A stretch of DNA of 64,000 nucleotides from Eledone cirrhosa (GCA_964016885.1 OZ024743.1:331142001-331206000), one strand, 5' to 3'. Positions 35,245 to 48,779 are shown, numbered from the stretch's first letter. Numbers and translations: made by a program. Notes: generated by a model not told the origin, from the letters alone.

Positions 35245-35383
35245 TTAACCCTTTAGTATTTACTATAATTACTATTGTATTTTCTTGGTAAACACTTTAT
35301 CTCATATAATATTGAATCTGGTTTGAACAGACAGAGGTGAGATTTCTGGCTAGATACGGCTAATTTAAATGCTAAAGGGTTAA
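35245..35383. mobile_element. piggyBac-like MITE (131 bp between TTAA target sites)
   Basis: TTAA-CCCTTTAGTATTTA ... TAAATGCTAAAGGG-TTAA: 14-bp TIR (1 mismatch) with CCC/GGG ends and TTAA duplication. Confidence 0.85.
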
Positions 35384-35542
35384 AGGTGAGATAGGACAAA
35401 AATCAATGTTAGGTTTGGTTAAGAAGTTTTCTTCAGTAAATTGGTGCCAAAAATGGTGACTCAAGCCCAAATAGAATGGGCAATATTAAAAATATATTTG
35501 AAATGTCCAAGAGAAAACTGTTCTCAAAAGATTATAACTTAC

Positions 35543-35722
35543 CTGCATTCCACTCATTTTACTCTGTACTGGATGGCGTGATGTTTGTCGTATCAACTGA
35601 CAAAAAAGTTCATTCTGTAGTTGGGGATGTTCAATGCATAAACCAAGTATGGTCTGTGCTAATGTCACATGATAATCTAATGCACGAGTGTCAAACTGGG
35701 TGGTCATGTACTGATACACTAA
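35543..35722 (-). CDS. PLEKHH: PLEKHH-like exon C (MyTH4): LVYQYMTTQFDTRALDYHVTLAQTILGLCIEHPQLQNELFCQLIRQTSRHPVQSKMSGMQ
   Basis: tatttcag|TTA...CAG|gtaagt; 180 nt, phase 0/0; MyTH4 signature LQNELFCQLIRQT. Confidence 0.95.
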
Positions 35723-36029
35723 CTGAAATACAGAGAAAAATAACTTATATAGAGGTGTGTAGATGTAGGTGTATGAGAGTGTGTGTGTGTGAGCAAGAGA
35801 GAGAGAATGTGTGTGTGTAGGTATGTGATACACCAACTGAAATACATAGAAAAATAACATATATAATTGAAGGCCCATAGATTTTCAATTGTGATGGTTC
35901 TTATGGTAGACCGTGGAAGTATGGTCTATATTTCAATAGCTGGGCCCAGATACAGACACACTCTCCCATTAACCACTGCCTGGTGCAAGGGGAAGTATGG
36001 TTTTTGGCTATGCAAATGGAAACAAGGTT

Positions 36030-36250
36030 CATCTGGAGCTACAGATGTGGGGACCACAGCTATACTTCCATGACATCATCTGTAGCTACAGATGTGGGGA
36101 CCACAGCTATACCTCCATAACATCATCTGGAGCTACAGATGTGGGGACCACAGCTATACTTCCATGACATCATCTGGAGCTACAGATGTGGGGACCACAG
36201 CTATATCTCCGCGACATCATCTGTAGCTACAGATGTGAGAACCACAACTA
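36030..36250. repeat. 47-bp minisatellite, about 4.6 copies
   Basis: atctggagctacagatgtggggaccacagctata-type units at 36031, 36078, 36125, 36172 and 36219. Confidence 0.95.
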
Positions 36251-36299
36251 GATGTTCAGCCATATCTATATATTATCTGGCTTTTGCTGCTGGCAAGAG

Positions 36300-37257
36300 T
36301 TGGACAAGTCTACATAGACTAAGTCAGTACTGAAGTGGGGCTGTCCTCTCAGACAGACTAGGGGTCTGTTGTCTCAAGTTTAGTCTCACATTCTACCAAG
36401 TGCACAGAGAAGGTTGTCATGTCTTTGACACAACTGAGGGTCCTCCTAACCCTTTGTCTGGCAAGCTTTCTATGGCTGGACGCGCTATCACCAACCACTT
36501 TACAGCATGTACTGAGTGTGTCTATTGTGTAGGTCACCAGCAATACTGAGGCTGTCATGTCCTTGATACAATTGAAGAGTCCCCCCAACCCTTTGTTTGG
36601 CAAGCTTTCTACGACTGGACACTCTATCACCAACCACTTTACAGCATGTACTGGGTGTGTCTATTGTGTAGGTCACCAGCAATACTGAGGCTGTCATGTC
36701 CTTGATACAATTGAAGAGTCCCCCCAACCCTTTGTTTGGCAAGCTTTCTACGACTGGACACTCTATCACCAACCACTTTACAGCATGTACTGGGTGTGTC
36801 TATTGTGTAGGTCACCAACAATAGTGAGGCTGTCATGTCCTTGATACAATTGAATAGTCCCCCCAACCCTTTGTTTGGCAAGCTTTCTACGACTGGACAC
36901 TCTATCACCAACCACTTTACAGCATGTACTGGGTGTGTCTATAGTGTAGGTCACCAACAATAGTGAGGCTGTCATGTCCTTGATACAATTGAAGAGTCCC
37001 CCCAACCCTTTGTTTGGCAAGCTTTCTACGACTGGACACTCTATCACCAACCACTTTACAGCATGTACTGGGTGTGTCTATAGTGTAGGTCACCAACAAT
37101 AGTGAGGCTGTCATGTCCTTGATACAATTGAAGAGTCCCCCCAACCCTTTGTTTGGCAAGCTTTCTACGACTGGACACTCTATCACCAACCACTTTACAG
37201 CATGTACTGGGTGTGTCTATTGTGTAGGTCACCAACAATACTGATGCTGCCATGTCT
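36300..37257 (-). mobile_element. Non-autonomous RTE-tailed element with about 6 internal 139-bp tandem units
   Basis: ORF track repeats every 139 bp; unit and unique flank match 48780-49365 in opposite orientation, and that copy ends in a (GAT)n tail. Confidence 0.8.
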
Positions 37258-37457
37258 GAAATGTGTGTATCCTGATGCATAACCATTATAATAATCAATT
37301 CCTATGAATAATAATTGAGACTATTGTGTCAAATACCCCTGGAAATGGAAACATGAACAGTGGGGTACAATTCCCCACATGTGTGTATATTCAATTTTTT
37401 CCATCTTCAGAGGAAATTTACTCAATTTTCTCAACTATTATTTATAATATAAAATTT

Positions 37458-37674
37458 GTCGATCGACTTTCGTCAAAGCGGACTGAGGAAACAATATTTC
37501 CGTTGGTCTTTCCAATTGCTAATACTATCTATTGGTCGCAACTCCAGGTAGAAGGAGAAACATGAAATAAAGTGTCTTGCTCAAGGACATAACATATTGC
37601 CCGGTCCAGGAATCAAACCGACAACCTCACGATTGCGAATCCAGTTCTCTAACCAATCAGCCACATGCCTTCAA
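37458..37674 (-). mobile_element. tRNA-headed SINE family S3
   Basis: Minus strand gaaggcatgtggctgattggttagaga...ggtttgattcctggacc...gtccttgagcaagacac. Confidence 0.8.
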
Positions 37675-37944
37675 TACACGCCTTATTTACAATAATCAAC
37701 TATTATTATAGTCATTTGTGTTAGGATGCACATATTTCAAATTTTCCCTATGTAGCAGGTTCCCCTTCTCTGGTCTAGACTATGAGAATATGGTTGGCAT
37801 TATCTGGAGTTGTTCTTTGAGATCGTTTAAGCTATGATTACCAATTTCTTCCATTCTGAATATCTATCTGGATTTCTTCAAGAGCAAAACAATATAGAAG
37901 ATAAAATAAATCATGGTGGAAGCTTAACTGTTAGGTTGGGTTGG

Positions 37945-39090
37945 GTGAGAAGGAAAGTGAGGGAAAGAGTGAGAAGGAAAGAGTGAGAAGGAAAGAGAGA
38001 GAAGGAAAGATTAAGAAGGAAAGAGTAAGAAGGAAAGAGTGAGAAGGAAAGAGTGAGGAAGAAAGAATGAGGAGTGAGAAGGAAAGAGAGAGAAAGAAAG
38101 AGTGAGAAGGAAAGAGTGAGAAGGAAAGAGTGAGGAAGAAAGAATGAGGAGTGAGAAGGAAAGAGAGAGAGAGAAGAGTGAGAAGGAAAGAGAGAGAAAG
38201 AAAGAGAGAGAAGGAAAGAGAGAGAAGGAAAGATTAAGAAGGAAAGAGTAAGAAGGAAAGAGTGAGAAGGAAAGAGTGAGGAAGAAAGAATGAGGAGTGA
38301 GAAGGAAAGAGAGAGAAAGAAAGAGTGAGAAGGAAAGAGTGAGAAGGAAAGAGTGAGGAAGAAAGAATGAGGAGTGAAATAGTGAGAAGGAAAGAGAGAG
38401 AAAGAAAGAGAGAGAAGGAAAGAGTGAGAAGGAAAGAGAGAGAAAGAAAGAGAGAGAAGGAAAGAGTGAGAAGGAAAGAGAGAGAAAGAGAGAGAAGGAA
38501 AGAGTGAGAAGGAAAGAGTGAGAAGGAAAGAGTGAGGAAGAAAGAGTAAGAAGGAAAGAGTAAGAAGGAAAGAGTGAGAAGGAAAGAGTGAGAAGGAAAG
38601 AGTGAGGAAGAAAGAATGAGGAGTGAGAAGGAAAGAGAGAGAAAGAAAGATTAAGAAGGAAAGAGTGAGAAGGAAAGAGAGAGAAAGAAAGAGAGAGAAG
38701 GAAAGAGTGAGAAGGAAAGAGAGAAAGAAAGAAAGAGAAGGAAAGAGTGAGAAGGTAAGAGTGAGAAGGAAAGAGTGAGGAAGAAAGAGTGAGGAAGAAA
38801 GAATGAGAAGGAAAGAGTGAGGAAGAAGGAAAGAGTGAGGAAGAAAGAATGAGGAGTGAGAAGGAAAGAGAGAGAAAGAAAGAGAGAGAAGGAAAGAGAG
38901 AGAAAGAGAGAGAAAGAAAGAGAGAGAAGGAAAGAGTGATAAAGAATGAGTGAGAAAGAAGGAGTGATAAGGAAAGAGTGATAAAGAAAGAGAGATAAAG
39001 AAAGAGAGATAAGGAAAGAGTGATAAAGAATGAGTGAGAAAGAAAGAGAGATAAGGAAAGAGTGATAAAGAATGAGTGAGAAAGAAGGAG
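37945..39090. repeat. Polypurine 14-bp satellite (AAGGAAAGAGTGAG)n
   Basis: About 1.15 kb almost free of C, with only scattered T on the plus strand. Confidence 0.95.
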
Positions 39091-39354
39091 TGTATGTAAC
39101 ACAATAAAATCTTCCCTTCAATGAAAGACAAGAAAAAGATGTGGAGTAAAATTGTCTCCAGAAAGAATTAAAAAAAAAACAATCTCGAAAAAAAAGGATA
39201 TGTAATAAATAAATAAATAAATTACTACTACTATTACTACTACTACTATCGTTGCTGCTACTACTACTACTGCTACTAACAGTAATCATGATTATTTTCA
39301 TTATAATTATCATTGTTGTCTATTTCTTTCGTTGGCCACAAGGGCCCATCCAGC

Positions 39355-39391
<37 letters not shown>

Positions 39392-39896
39392 ACACAACAA
39401 CAATGATATCAACAATAATAGGTACATAATAATAACAATAACAATATGTGATTTCAGAAAGCAAAGGATAAAATGTTTGTGTGTAAAGCTTAGGTTTCTA
39501 TATTTAAATCTAGAAAGGAATTATACATAAAAATTCAATATAAATGAGATTTATATTGGTTTCAAGCTAAAACATGCATAACATCATTGCTAGATAAACA
39601 TATATATATACACAGACATACATACACACGTGTGTATATATAACATGTATATCCATGTATATATATATATATATATATATATATTTCTATATATTCTAGT
39701 TACTGCATATGTCAATGAGTGATATTACATGTGTGTGTGTGTGATATTCTTCTTGTAAGTGTGTAGGTGTGGTGTGGAGTCGTGTGATACCAAGTATACC
39801 TCATATAGAAACATATGACATCATTGTTAGACAACAATGATATCTTTAGCAATCTCTGTCTCTCCCTCTCTCTATATTCACACACACACACACATA

Positions 39897-40162
39897 TCAT
39901 CATCATCATCATCATCGTTTAATGTCCATCTTCCACACTAGCAAGGGTTGGACAGTTTTTTCCCACTTGAGGCGAGATTGGTCGGGAGACCGTGTCTTGC
40001 TCGTACAGAACTGTCTCTGGCAGGTTTTCTATGGCTGGATGCCCTTCCTAACATCAACCACATTTACAGTGTGAACTGGGAGTCTTTTTACCGTGTCTCC
40101 TACACGACCACTCTACAGTGTAAACTGGGTGCTTTTTGTTGTGTCACCTACACGACCACTTT
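39897..40162 (-). mobile_element. RTE 3'UTR fragment
   Basis: (cat)n then cgtttaatgtccatcttccac...ggatgcccttcctaac. Confidence 0.85.
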
Positions 40163-40189
40163 ATATATATATGTGTGTGTGTGTGCAAA

Positions 40190-40335
40190 AGGCAAACAGA
40201 AATAACAAAGCAAAAGAGACAGTACAATAAAGAAATATATTATTAGTTTTATGCTTGATGTAGCAGGAAAAGAGTCTTAATGTTTCGGACACTACTCCTT
40301 CATCAGAAGATAGAATGAGAAATCAAAGAAGAAAT
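40190..40335 (-). mobile_element. Solo PLE pLTR-like fragment with degenerate hammerhead
   Basis: Reverse complement atttctcattctatcttCTGATGAaggagtagtgtccGAAACattaagactc aligns with 15310-15440. Confidence 0.75.
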
Positions 40336-40405
40336 AGAAAGATAGAGAAGATTGGGCAGAAGCAGAAATGAAAAAAAACATTTCTTAGAGAAAAAACAGG
40401 ACAAC

Positions 40406-40441
<36 letters not shown>

Positions 40442-40442
40442 A

Positions 40443-41240
40443 TCATCATCATTTAACATCCATTTTCCATTAATTCATTACCTATTCTCACACTGCTGAT
40501 CAATCCTGTGTTGCAGGGGGGATCACCCCAGGCTTGCACCGCTCTGATAAGCCACTCATCTCCATCAAGTTTCCTTAAAGACCCCAAGATAACATATCCT
40601 GAACCTCTGTCAAACACCTTCTCCAGATCAATGAAAGCTACATACAGTGGCTTACACTTGGCTAGGAACTTCCTTTGTAGTTGTCTCACTAAAAACAAAT
40701 CCTTTATAGGGCTCCTCCCCGGCACAATATCAAACTCCATCTCTTCTAATTGGACACTTTTCCCTAATTAGTTGTGTTAAAAACTTTTTTTGCTTTCTTA
40801 ACTTGATCTATCAGTTTTATTCCTCTGTAGTTGCTCCATTCCCGAGCACCACACATTTTTAACACTGTTTACACTGCTACACCAGCAATTGGGTATGACA
40901 CCATCATGTATTACCTGATTGACTATACAGGGCAGCTAACTTTCTTGAATCCTATTTCACTAGATTATTTCAGCACTTCAGCAACTATCTCTGACAGTCC
41001 AATGGCTTTTCCTTTCTTTTTACTTTTCACACTGATTGTTTCTTTAACCCTTTAACTGTCAATTTCCAATGCTGACCCCTCTGTTGGATCAAATTAGGGT
41101 AGTGCCTTTTTCTTTTGCTCATTTTCAAAATTCATCAACCTCTGCTAAGTATTGGTGAGGTTAAATGCAAGGATGTATCATTTTGAGCACATTTTTCTAC
41201 AAGAGTATCTTGCTTAGCTATGCAGAACACCACATACCTT
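40443..41240 (-). mobile_element. Old degenerate RTE RT fragment
   Basis: DLFLVRQLQRKFLAKCKPLYVAFIDLEKVFDR, disrupted upstream. Confidence 0.8.
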
Positions 41241-42159
41241 GTCTGCGAAATGTGCATAGCAGGTCGATATACAATAAAAGAACTAAATACATGTAAATGA
41301 ATAAAACTTCATTATTTTTATTTATATATGTGTGTGTGTGTATCATCATCATGTTCTCACAACTGGTACAGCCAGTCATTGGGATGCCACTGGTGCAGCA
41401 GTTATTGGGGTGCCACTGGTGCAGCAGTTATTGGGGTGCCACTGGTGCAGCCAGTCATTGTAGCAATCTTTTGAAGCACTTGTGTTCAAATGATTGAATT
41501 CTTCATTCCATTTCAGCTGTGAAAATCCAACTCTCACACCCAAATAAAAGGATCGAAGTCCCCAAGGGCTTGTATAGTTCGAGCTTTGTTAGAAAATTGA
41601 CCGAGTTGCTTTTCTATATAACATTCAGCTTTACCATGACAGAATTGGCCAGGGTGAGTCTTGTCAGTTTCATCTTTTAATATCTATTTTCCATGCTTGC
41701 AGGAGTTAAATGGGTTATGTTCTGAGGCTAGATCACATATTACTCATATGTTCCATGTTTGGCTTGGCTTCTATAGCCTGGATGCCCTTCCTAATGTATG
41801 TACTGGGAGCAATTTATTGTGGTACCAGCTCTATTACCTTACAGAGTGGACTGATTGCTTTTTTATTGTGACACCAGCACCAGCACACAATACACTGTGG
41901 ACTGGGTACATATAACATCATCTATACCTCATTACAACACTAGGGTACACACACACACAGTCTCATACACACACATTTACAAATACATTCACACACACTC
42001 ACACACAAATACACATACGATATTGGTGAGATGAAATTCTGAAGAGAAGTTGCATGCAATAAAGATAAGACTTGATTCTGGGATTCCAGAATTTTCTGAG
42101 ATGTCAAATCTATTTTTAATGCTCAGTATCAGAGAGGGAAAAATATACACACATGCATA

Positions 42160-42428
42160 GATGTGCACGTGTGAGTATGTGTGTGTAAATATATATATAT
42201 ATATACACACAAACACGTATATATATATATCTTCTTCTTCGCCCACTTATTCCACCACCCTCTTAGGAATAAGTGGGCGAAGAAAAAGAAGATATATATG
42301 TATGTTTGTGTATGTGTGTGTGTATGTATATATATATATATATATATATCTGTGTGTCTGTGTATGTGTGTGTGTATGTATATATATATCTGTGTGTCTG
42401 TGTATGTGAGTATGTGTGTGAGTGTATG

Positions 42429-42471
<43 letters not shown>

Positions 42472-42493
42472 CTGTGTATGTGAGTATATGTGT

Positions 42494-42527
<34 letters not shown>

Positions 42528-43258
42528 CTGTGTATGTGAGTATGTGTGTTTGTGTATGTATGTGTATGTATATATATATATATTTATATATATATATATA
42601 TATATATATCTGTGTGTCTGTGTATGTGAGTATGTATGTGAGTGTATGTATGTATATATATATATATATATCTGTGTGTCTGTGTATGTGAGTATGTGTG
42701 TGAGTGTATGTATGTATATCATCATCATCATCATCATCAACGTTTAACGTCCGTGTTCCACGCTTGCATGGGTTTGGACGGGGGTTTTCCCACTTGAGGC
42801 AAGAGTGATTTTCTTGCTCGCATAGGACTGTCTGGCAGGTTTTCTACAGTTGGATGCCCTTCCTAACACCAACCACATTTAAAGTGTGGGTCTGGGAGGT
42901 TTTTACCGTGTTGCCTACATGGCCACATTACAGCGTGGACTGTGTGTTTTTTTGTCGTGACACCTACACGATCTCATTTGTTTTGGCCCGGATGGTGTGG
43001 CACCAACATAACTTTACATAGAAGGGGGTGGTGTGGATGGGGTGGGGGTGGTGGGACGGGGGTGTATTTTGTTAGAGATGCCTACTGACTGTAGTAGGTT
43101 TTACTATGTATTTAGGTAAGGCGGGTTTTCTCTATTACTGAGTACCGCCAAAGGTCTCGGTCCAGTGACATTGTCTTGGAGAGGTGTAAGTGTGTGAGGT
43201 CGGAGTTTATCAGCTCTCTCTCTCTCTATATATATATATGTGTCTGTGTATGTGAGTG

Positions 43259-43313
<55 letters not shown>

Positions 43314-44070
43314 GTGTGCCTGTGTATGTGAGTATGTGTGAGTGTATGTATATATATATATATCTGTGTATGTGAGTATGTGTGTGAGTGTATGTGAGTA
43401 TGTGTGTGAGTGTATGTGAGTATGTGTGTCTGTGTATGTGAGTATGTGTGTGAGTGTATGTATATATATATATATATCTGTGTGCCTGTGTATGTGGGTA
43501 TGTATGTGAGTGTATGTATGTATATATATATATATATATCTGTGTGTCTGTGAGTATGTGTGTGAGTGTATGTGAGTATGTGTGTCTGTGTATGTGAGTA
43601 TGTGTGTCTGTGTATGTGAGTATGTGTGTCTGTGTATGTGAGTATGTGTGTGAGTGTATGTGAGTATGTGTGTCTGTGTATGTGAGTATGTGTGTGAGTG
43701 TATGTGAGTATGTGTGTGAGTGTATGTGAGTATGTGTGTGAGTGTATGTGAGTATGTGTGTGAGTGTATGTGAGTATGTGTGTGAGTGTATGTGAGTATG
43801 TGTGTGAGTGTATGTGAGTATCTGTGTATGTGAGTATGTGTGTCTGTGTATGTGAGTATGTGTGTAAGTGTATGTGAGTATCTGTGTATGTGAGTATGTG
43901 TGTCTGTGTATGTGAGTATGTGTGTGAGTGTATGTGAGTATGTGTGTGAGTGTATGTGAGTATGTGTGTGAGTGTATGTGAGTATGTGTGTGAGTGTATG
44001 TGAGTATGTGTGTGAGTGTATGTGAGTATGTGTGTGAGTGTATGTGAGTATGTGTGTGAGTGTATGTATG
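42160..44070. repeat. (TG/TA) microsatellite grading into a 22-bp repeat tgtgagtatgtgtgtgagtgta, interrupted by an RTE 3' end
   Basis: Direct inspection; source of the His/Thr/Tyr ORFs. Confidence 0.9.
42718..43213 (-). mobile_element. RTE family B 3' end
   Basis: Matches 24709-25222 including the last ~35 codons. Confidence 0.92.
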
Positions 44071-44612
44071 CAATATAAAGAAAGAAGATATATAAAGAAC
44101 AAAGTGGGAAAAGAAGAAACATTTACATTGTTGGCAGATAATTCCAAGGAATGTAATGAGATGTTGTTGATGATGTAGTAGTGGTAGTGGTGGTAGTAAT
44201 TGCTGTTGATGATAATGATGATGATATTGATATTGTTGTTAATGTAGATGGTGATGGTGGTGATGATAATGTTGTTGTTGTTGGCGTAGTAGTAGTAGTC
44301 ATTGTAGTTCTCATGGTAGTTGTTGATGATGATGCTGTTGTTGATATTGGCATTGTTGTTGATGATGATGATGTTATTGTAAATGTTGTTGTTGTTGTTG
44401 ATGTATTAAAAGAATGAATATATTTACCTAGGTTAATCCATTGATGGTTGATCGCAATGATTTCAGTTTAGTATGTATGTATATATACATATGTATGTAT
44501 ATTTATATACATATAGGTGTGTGTGTGTGTGTTTGTAATGTATGTGTGAATGTGTATATATATATACATTTACTATATATATGTGTGTGTATGTATAGTA
44601 TATATATATTTA

Positions 44613-44658
<46 letters not shown>

Positions 44659-44717
44659 TATATATACACATACACACACCTATATATATATATACACACA
44701 CACATATATACATATAT

Positions 44718-45090
44718 ATCATCGTCATGTTGGCTTTTCCATGTATAAACAGGTTGTACAAGTCTCTCCCACCTCAGCACCCTTCCACTACTTGCAGTCC
44801 TTTAATATTTCCTTTGTGAGCCTTAACAATCTCTCACAACCTCTGCCCATGTCTTCTTTAGTCTCTCTCTACTGCAGGTTCCTTCCACTGGGATTTCCTG
44901 GCCCTTCTTCACCCAATGATTATCATCCATATACATCACATGTCCATACCCGTGCAGTCTTCTTTCTTTTACATTACATTCATTCCTCTTATACCCAGCT
45001 TTTCTCTCAACTCATCCATACTTTATCATTCACTTGTATTAACATTGCACATCCCACAGACTATGCTCACTTCATTTCTGTTTAGCCTTT
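44718..45090 (-). mobile_element. Old RTE C-terminal fragment
   Basis: Reverse complement contains agactgcacgggtatggacatgtgatg (RRLRWYGHV-like), decayed. Confidence 0.6.
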
Positions 45091-45802
45091 CAGGTGTCTG
45101 GCTCATACTCTCCTCCTCCCCCTCCTCCTCCTCCTCCTCATTTCTTAGGCACAGCACACATTTACTTGTCTTCTCTCAAGTAACTCCACAATTTCCCCAA
45201 ATCTACTCTCAGCGGGTCCCAAATAATAGGAATAAACGAGGGGGTGGGGAATAAGCGAAGGAATTGGAATATGTGGGAGGTGGGGTTGGAAGATTGGTAA
45301 TTTTTCTAGGTTGTCTCCACTGATTTTTTCAAAAACCAGAATTATTTATTTAGTTTACATATTGAGACCCCCAAACCATCCTATTCATTTTATAATGTAT
45401 CGGATTTCTAGTAATGCACTTTTTTTTTGTCATTTATAATGTTTTTTAATGTCTAAAGAAAATTAATTGTCTCAGGAGTGCTACCACTTAAAATAAACTT
45501 TCACCAGAGATAGATTTGCAAAATTTAATGAGGAAAGAGGGGGGGGGGGTAAGAGTGGTGGGGTTGGAAAATAACGATTATTTGAGACCCAAAAGTACCT
45601 TACAGAACAACCACATTAAACATGGCAACCCTGAAATGTGTTACTACAGAGTGGTGATTAGGTTGTCTGTGAGTAGTTTTCTGTACTTGATATGGAAACT
45701 GGGTGGGCAATTGCTTGATGGCGGTTGAGGAGTTGTAACCTAGGTTAGTCACACCACTACCATGCACAGCACTAACATCATTACTTCTAGCATTATCAGC
45801 AT

Positions 45803-46260
45803 CGATTAACGTCCATTTTCCATACTAGCATGGGTTAGGTGGCTTGTCCCATTAGAGACAAGTTGGGTCAGGTGACTGTGTCTTGCTTATACAGAACTGT
45901 TTTGGCTATGTTTCTATGGTTGGATGCCTTTCCTAACACCAACCACATTTACAGTGTGTGCTGGGTGCTTTTTGTCGTGACACCTACATGACCACCTTAC
46001 TGTGTGGACTGGGTGCTTCTTTTTTGTGATACCAATACAACTTTACAGTGTAAGGGTGGTATGGATAGAAGTGTGGGGGGGGGGGGCATGGGAGATATAT
46101 GGGAGATATATGGTATAGTGGTTAAGAGGTGCTTTCTTATGTATGTTTGAGTCCATGCACATGGGAAGGTGTCTTCTATATTACTGCATAATGCTAGAGA
46201 TCTTGATCCTGTCATTCTCTTTGAGAGGTGCAATTGTGCAAGGTCAGCTTTTATCACCTG
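45803..46260 (-). mobile_element. Diverged RTE 3' end
   Basis: Minus ORF IKADLAQLHLSK plus the 3'UTR modules. Confidence 0.8.
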
Positions 46261-46748
46261 TTAGCCCTGTATATACAATTTTCTTTAATGTTATACATTG
46301 TGCTGGTCATGTTTTGGAAAGTTTTTTTCTCTAGCTGGATGCTCTCTGTATCCCCAACCACTTTACAGGATGGACTGGGTGCATTATTTGTGTCAAAATC
46401 ACTAGAGAGGTTGTCTGACTGAAATCTGGTTGTTGGAAATTGTCTGAAGTCCCATTAGTTAACCCATGCCAGCATAGCAAGTTGTATTCATATGAAATCA
46501 TCAGCAACAATGATTTCATATGAATGAAACAGTTCTAGACCTGTAGAATCCTTTGCTATATAAACTTCCGTCATCACTCTACACATGTATTGAGTACCTT
46601 ATTTACTGTGGTTACCCCCGACTGAACTTGGGATCTACTTATGTATATGGATATATATCTTCTTCTTGCTCTTGTTCGATGAGGCCGGGGTTATGCTAAG
46701 CAAGTGATCGCAAAGCATTGTCATGCGTAAAGCTGAGCAGGTCCACTA

Positions 46749-47110
46749 TCATCATCATCATCAACGTTTAACGTCCGTGTTCCACACTTGCATGGGTTTG
46801 GACGGGGGTAGTCTCACTTGAGGCAAGAGTGATTGTCTTGCTCGCATAGGACTGTCTGGCAGGTTTTCTACAGTTGGATGCCCTTCCTAACACCAACCAC
46901 ATTTAAAGTGTGGGTCTGGGAGGTTTTTACCGTGTTGCCTACACGGCCACATTACAGCGTGGACTGTGTGTTTTTTTGTCGTGACACCTACACAATCTCA
47001 TTTGTTTCGGCCTGGATGGCGCGGCACCAACATAACTTTACATAGAACGGGGTGGTGTGGATGGGGTGGGGGTGGTGGTGGTGGGACGGGGGTGTATTCT
47101 GTTAGAGATG

Positions 47111-47113
<3 letters not shown>
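46749..47113 (-). mobile_element. RTE family B 3'UTR
   Basis: Near-identical to 42720-43085. Confidence 0.9.
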
Positions 47114-47160
<47 letters not shown>

Positions 47161-47177
47161 ATAAATACCTATAGATG

Positions 47178-47217
<40 letters not shown>

Positions 47218-47398
47218 ATAAATACACATCACACATATATATATCAGATAGGGTATGGTAAAGACCATAACCCACAAGAGTACTCAATACATGGGGTAGC
47301 AGAGTGGTTAATATGAAAAGATTCAGGATCCCTGAATCTTTTCATATATATATATAATTTAATTATTTTTTATTATTAACATTCATATAGAAAATAAT

Positions 47399-47586
47399 TG
47401 TTTCTATTTTAGGCACAAGGCCAGCAACTACCCAGTACATTACTGGTACTTTATTTTATCGACCCCGTAAGGATGAAAGGCAAAGTTAACCTCGGCAGGA
47501 TTTGAACTCAGATCATAAAGGGACGTAACTCTATGCTACAAAGCATGGCATCTGACCCTCTACCGATACTGCCAATCGACGCCCTC
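47399..47586 (-). mobile_element. SINE family S2 with a 19-bp target-site duplication
   Basis: Flanked by cattcatatagaaaataat at 47380-47398 and 47587-47605. Confidence 0.9.
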
Positions 47587-47989
47587 CATTCATATAGAAA
47601 ATAATAATCATATATAATTATTAAAAAGTTTTTCAAAGAAGTGCCTCAATTTTCATATAGCTTAAAGCCATGGCAGGTGAAAGACCAGCCATGTATAGAC
47701 ATCTATATGATGATGATTATGATGGTGATGATGATCGTTATGTTGATTATGATGGCACCAACACACACATACAGACACATACTGTAAACACACACACACA
47801 GATGCTGTACCTAGACATCTCTGTACACAGGTTGTGTATTTAACCTCATGTAGAAAATACATGGTATAATGTTTGAATATTTTCTAACCATAAAGTTTCT
47901 TGTGTAGCTTCAATATGTTTCACTCAACTAAATGTCTTTTATAAAGACATGAACTTCTTTATGACTTTACATACATGTACACATGTTTG

Positions 47990-48565
47990 GATACCTCAAC
48001 ACACACCCTACACTCACATCATATACACAGCCTACACACACACCATACACAGACACACATCACACAGCCTACACACACAACATGAACAGACACACACACC
48101 ACACACATCACACATCCTACACTCACATCATACACACATCCTACATACACACCATACAGTCACACATCACACATCTTACACACACATCACGCATTTTACA
48201 CACACACCACACACAGACACACATCACATATCCTACACACACACACACCCTACACTCACATCCTACATACACAACATACACACATACAGATGCACATCCC
48301 ACAACATAGACACACACAGAGACACACAGTCACAACACATCTCACAGCATCCACACAGACACACATCCTACACACACAATAAATACACATCACACATCCT
48401 ACACACACAATATATACACATCACACAGCATACACATACATCCTACACTCACATCATACACACACATCCTACATACACACACATCACACAGCATACACAC
48501 AAACACACATCACCCACCCTACACACACATCACACATCATACACATGCATCATACACACACATAT
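47990..48565. repeat. Degenerate (CA)n-rich repeat
   Basis: acacacatcacacatcct-type units. Confidence 0.9.
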
Positions 48566-48779
48566 TTCTATGTGTGAAAACAATGCATGCAGAACAGAGA
48601 GATAAAATTGTAGAAATGCTTTTATCCAACTTATAAAATATTGTTGTCATCATATATTTGGTATTTCTGCAATGATAAGACCACAGAAATATTCAGCAAA
48701 TTTATTTTATGTTCCTGTCCACGTTACTGAAAGATATGTTCAGCTAGAGAAAGAGATGTTATTGTTTTTAATATTATTT

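Noticed and set aside
37911-39313. Ser/Phe/Leu-rich membrane-like ORFs
   Set aside because: Translation of the polypyrimidine strand of a 14-bp satellite.
43104-44147. His/Thr-rich ORFs (also 47949-48605 and 51623-52171)
   Set aside because: (CA/TG)-type microsatellites.
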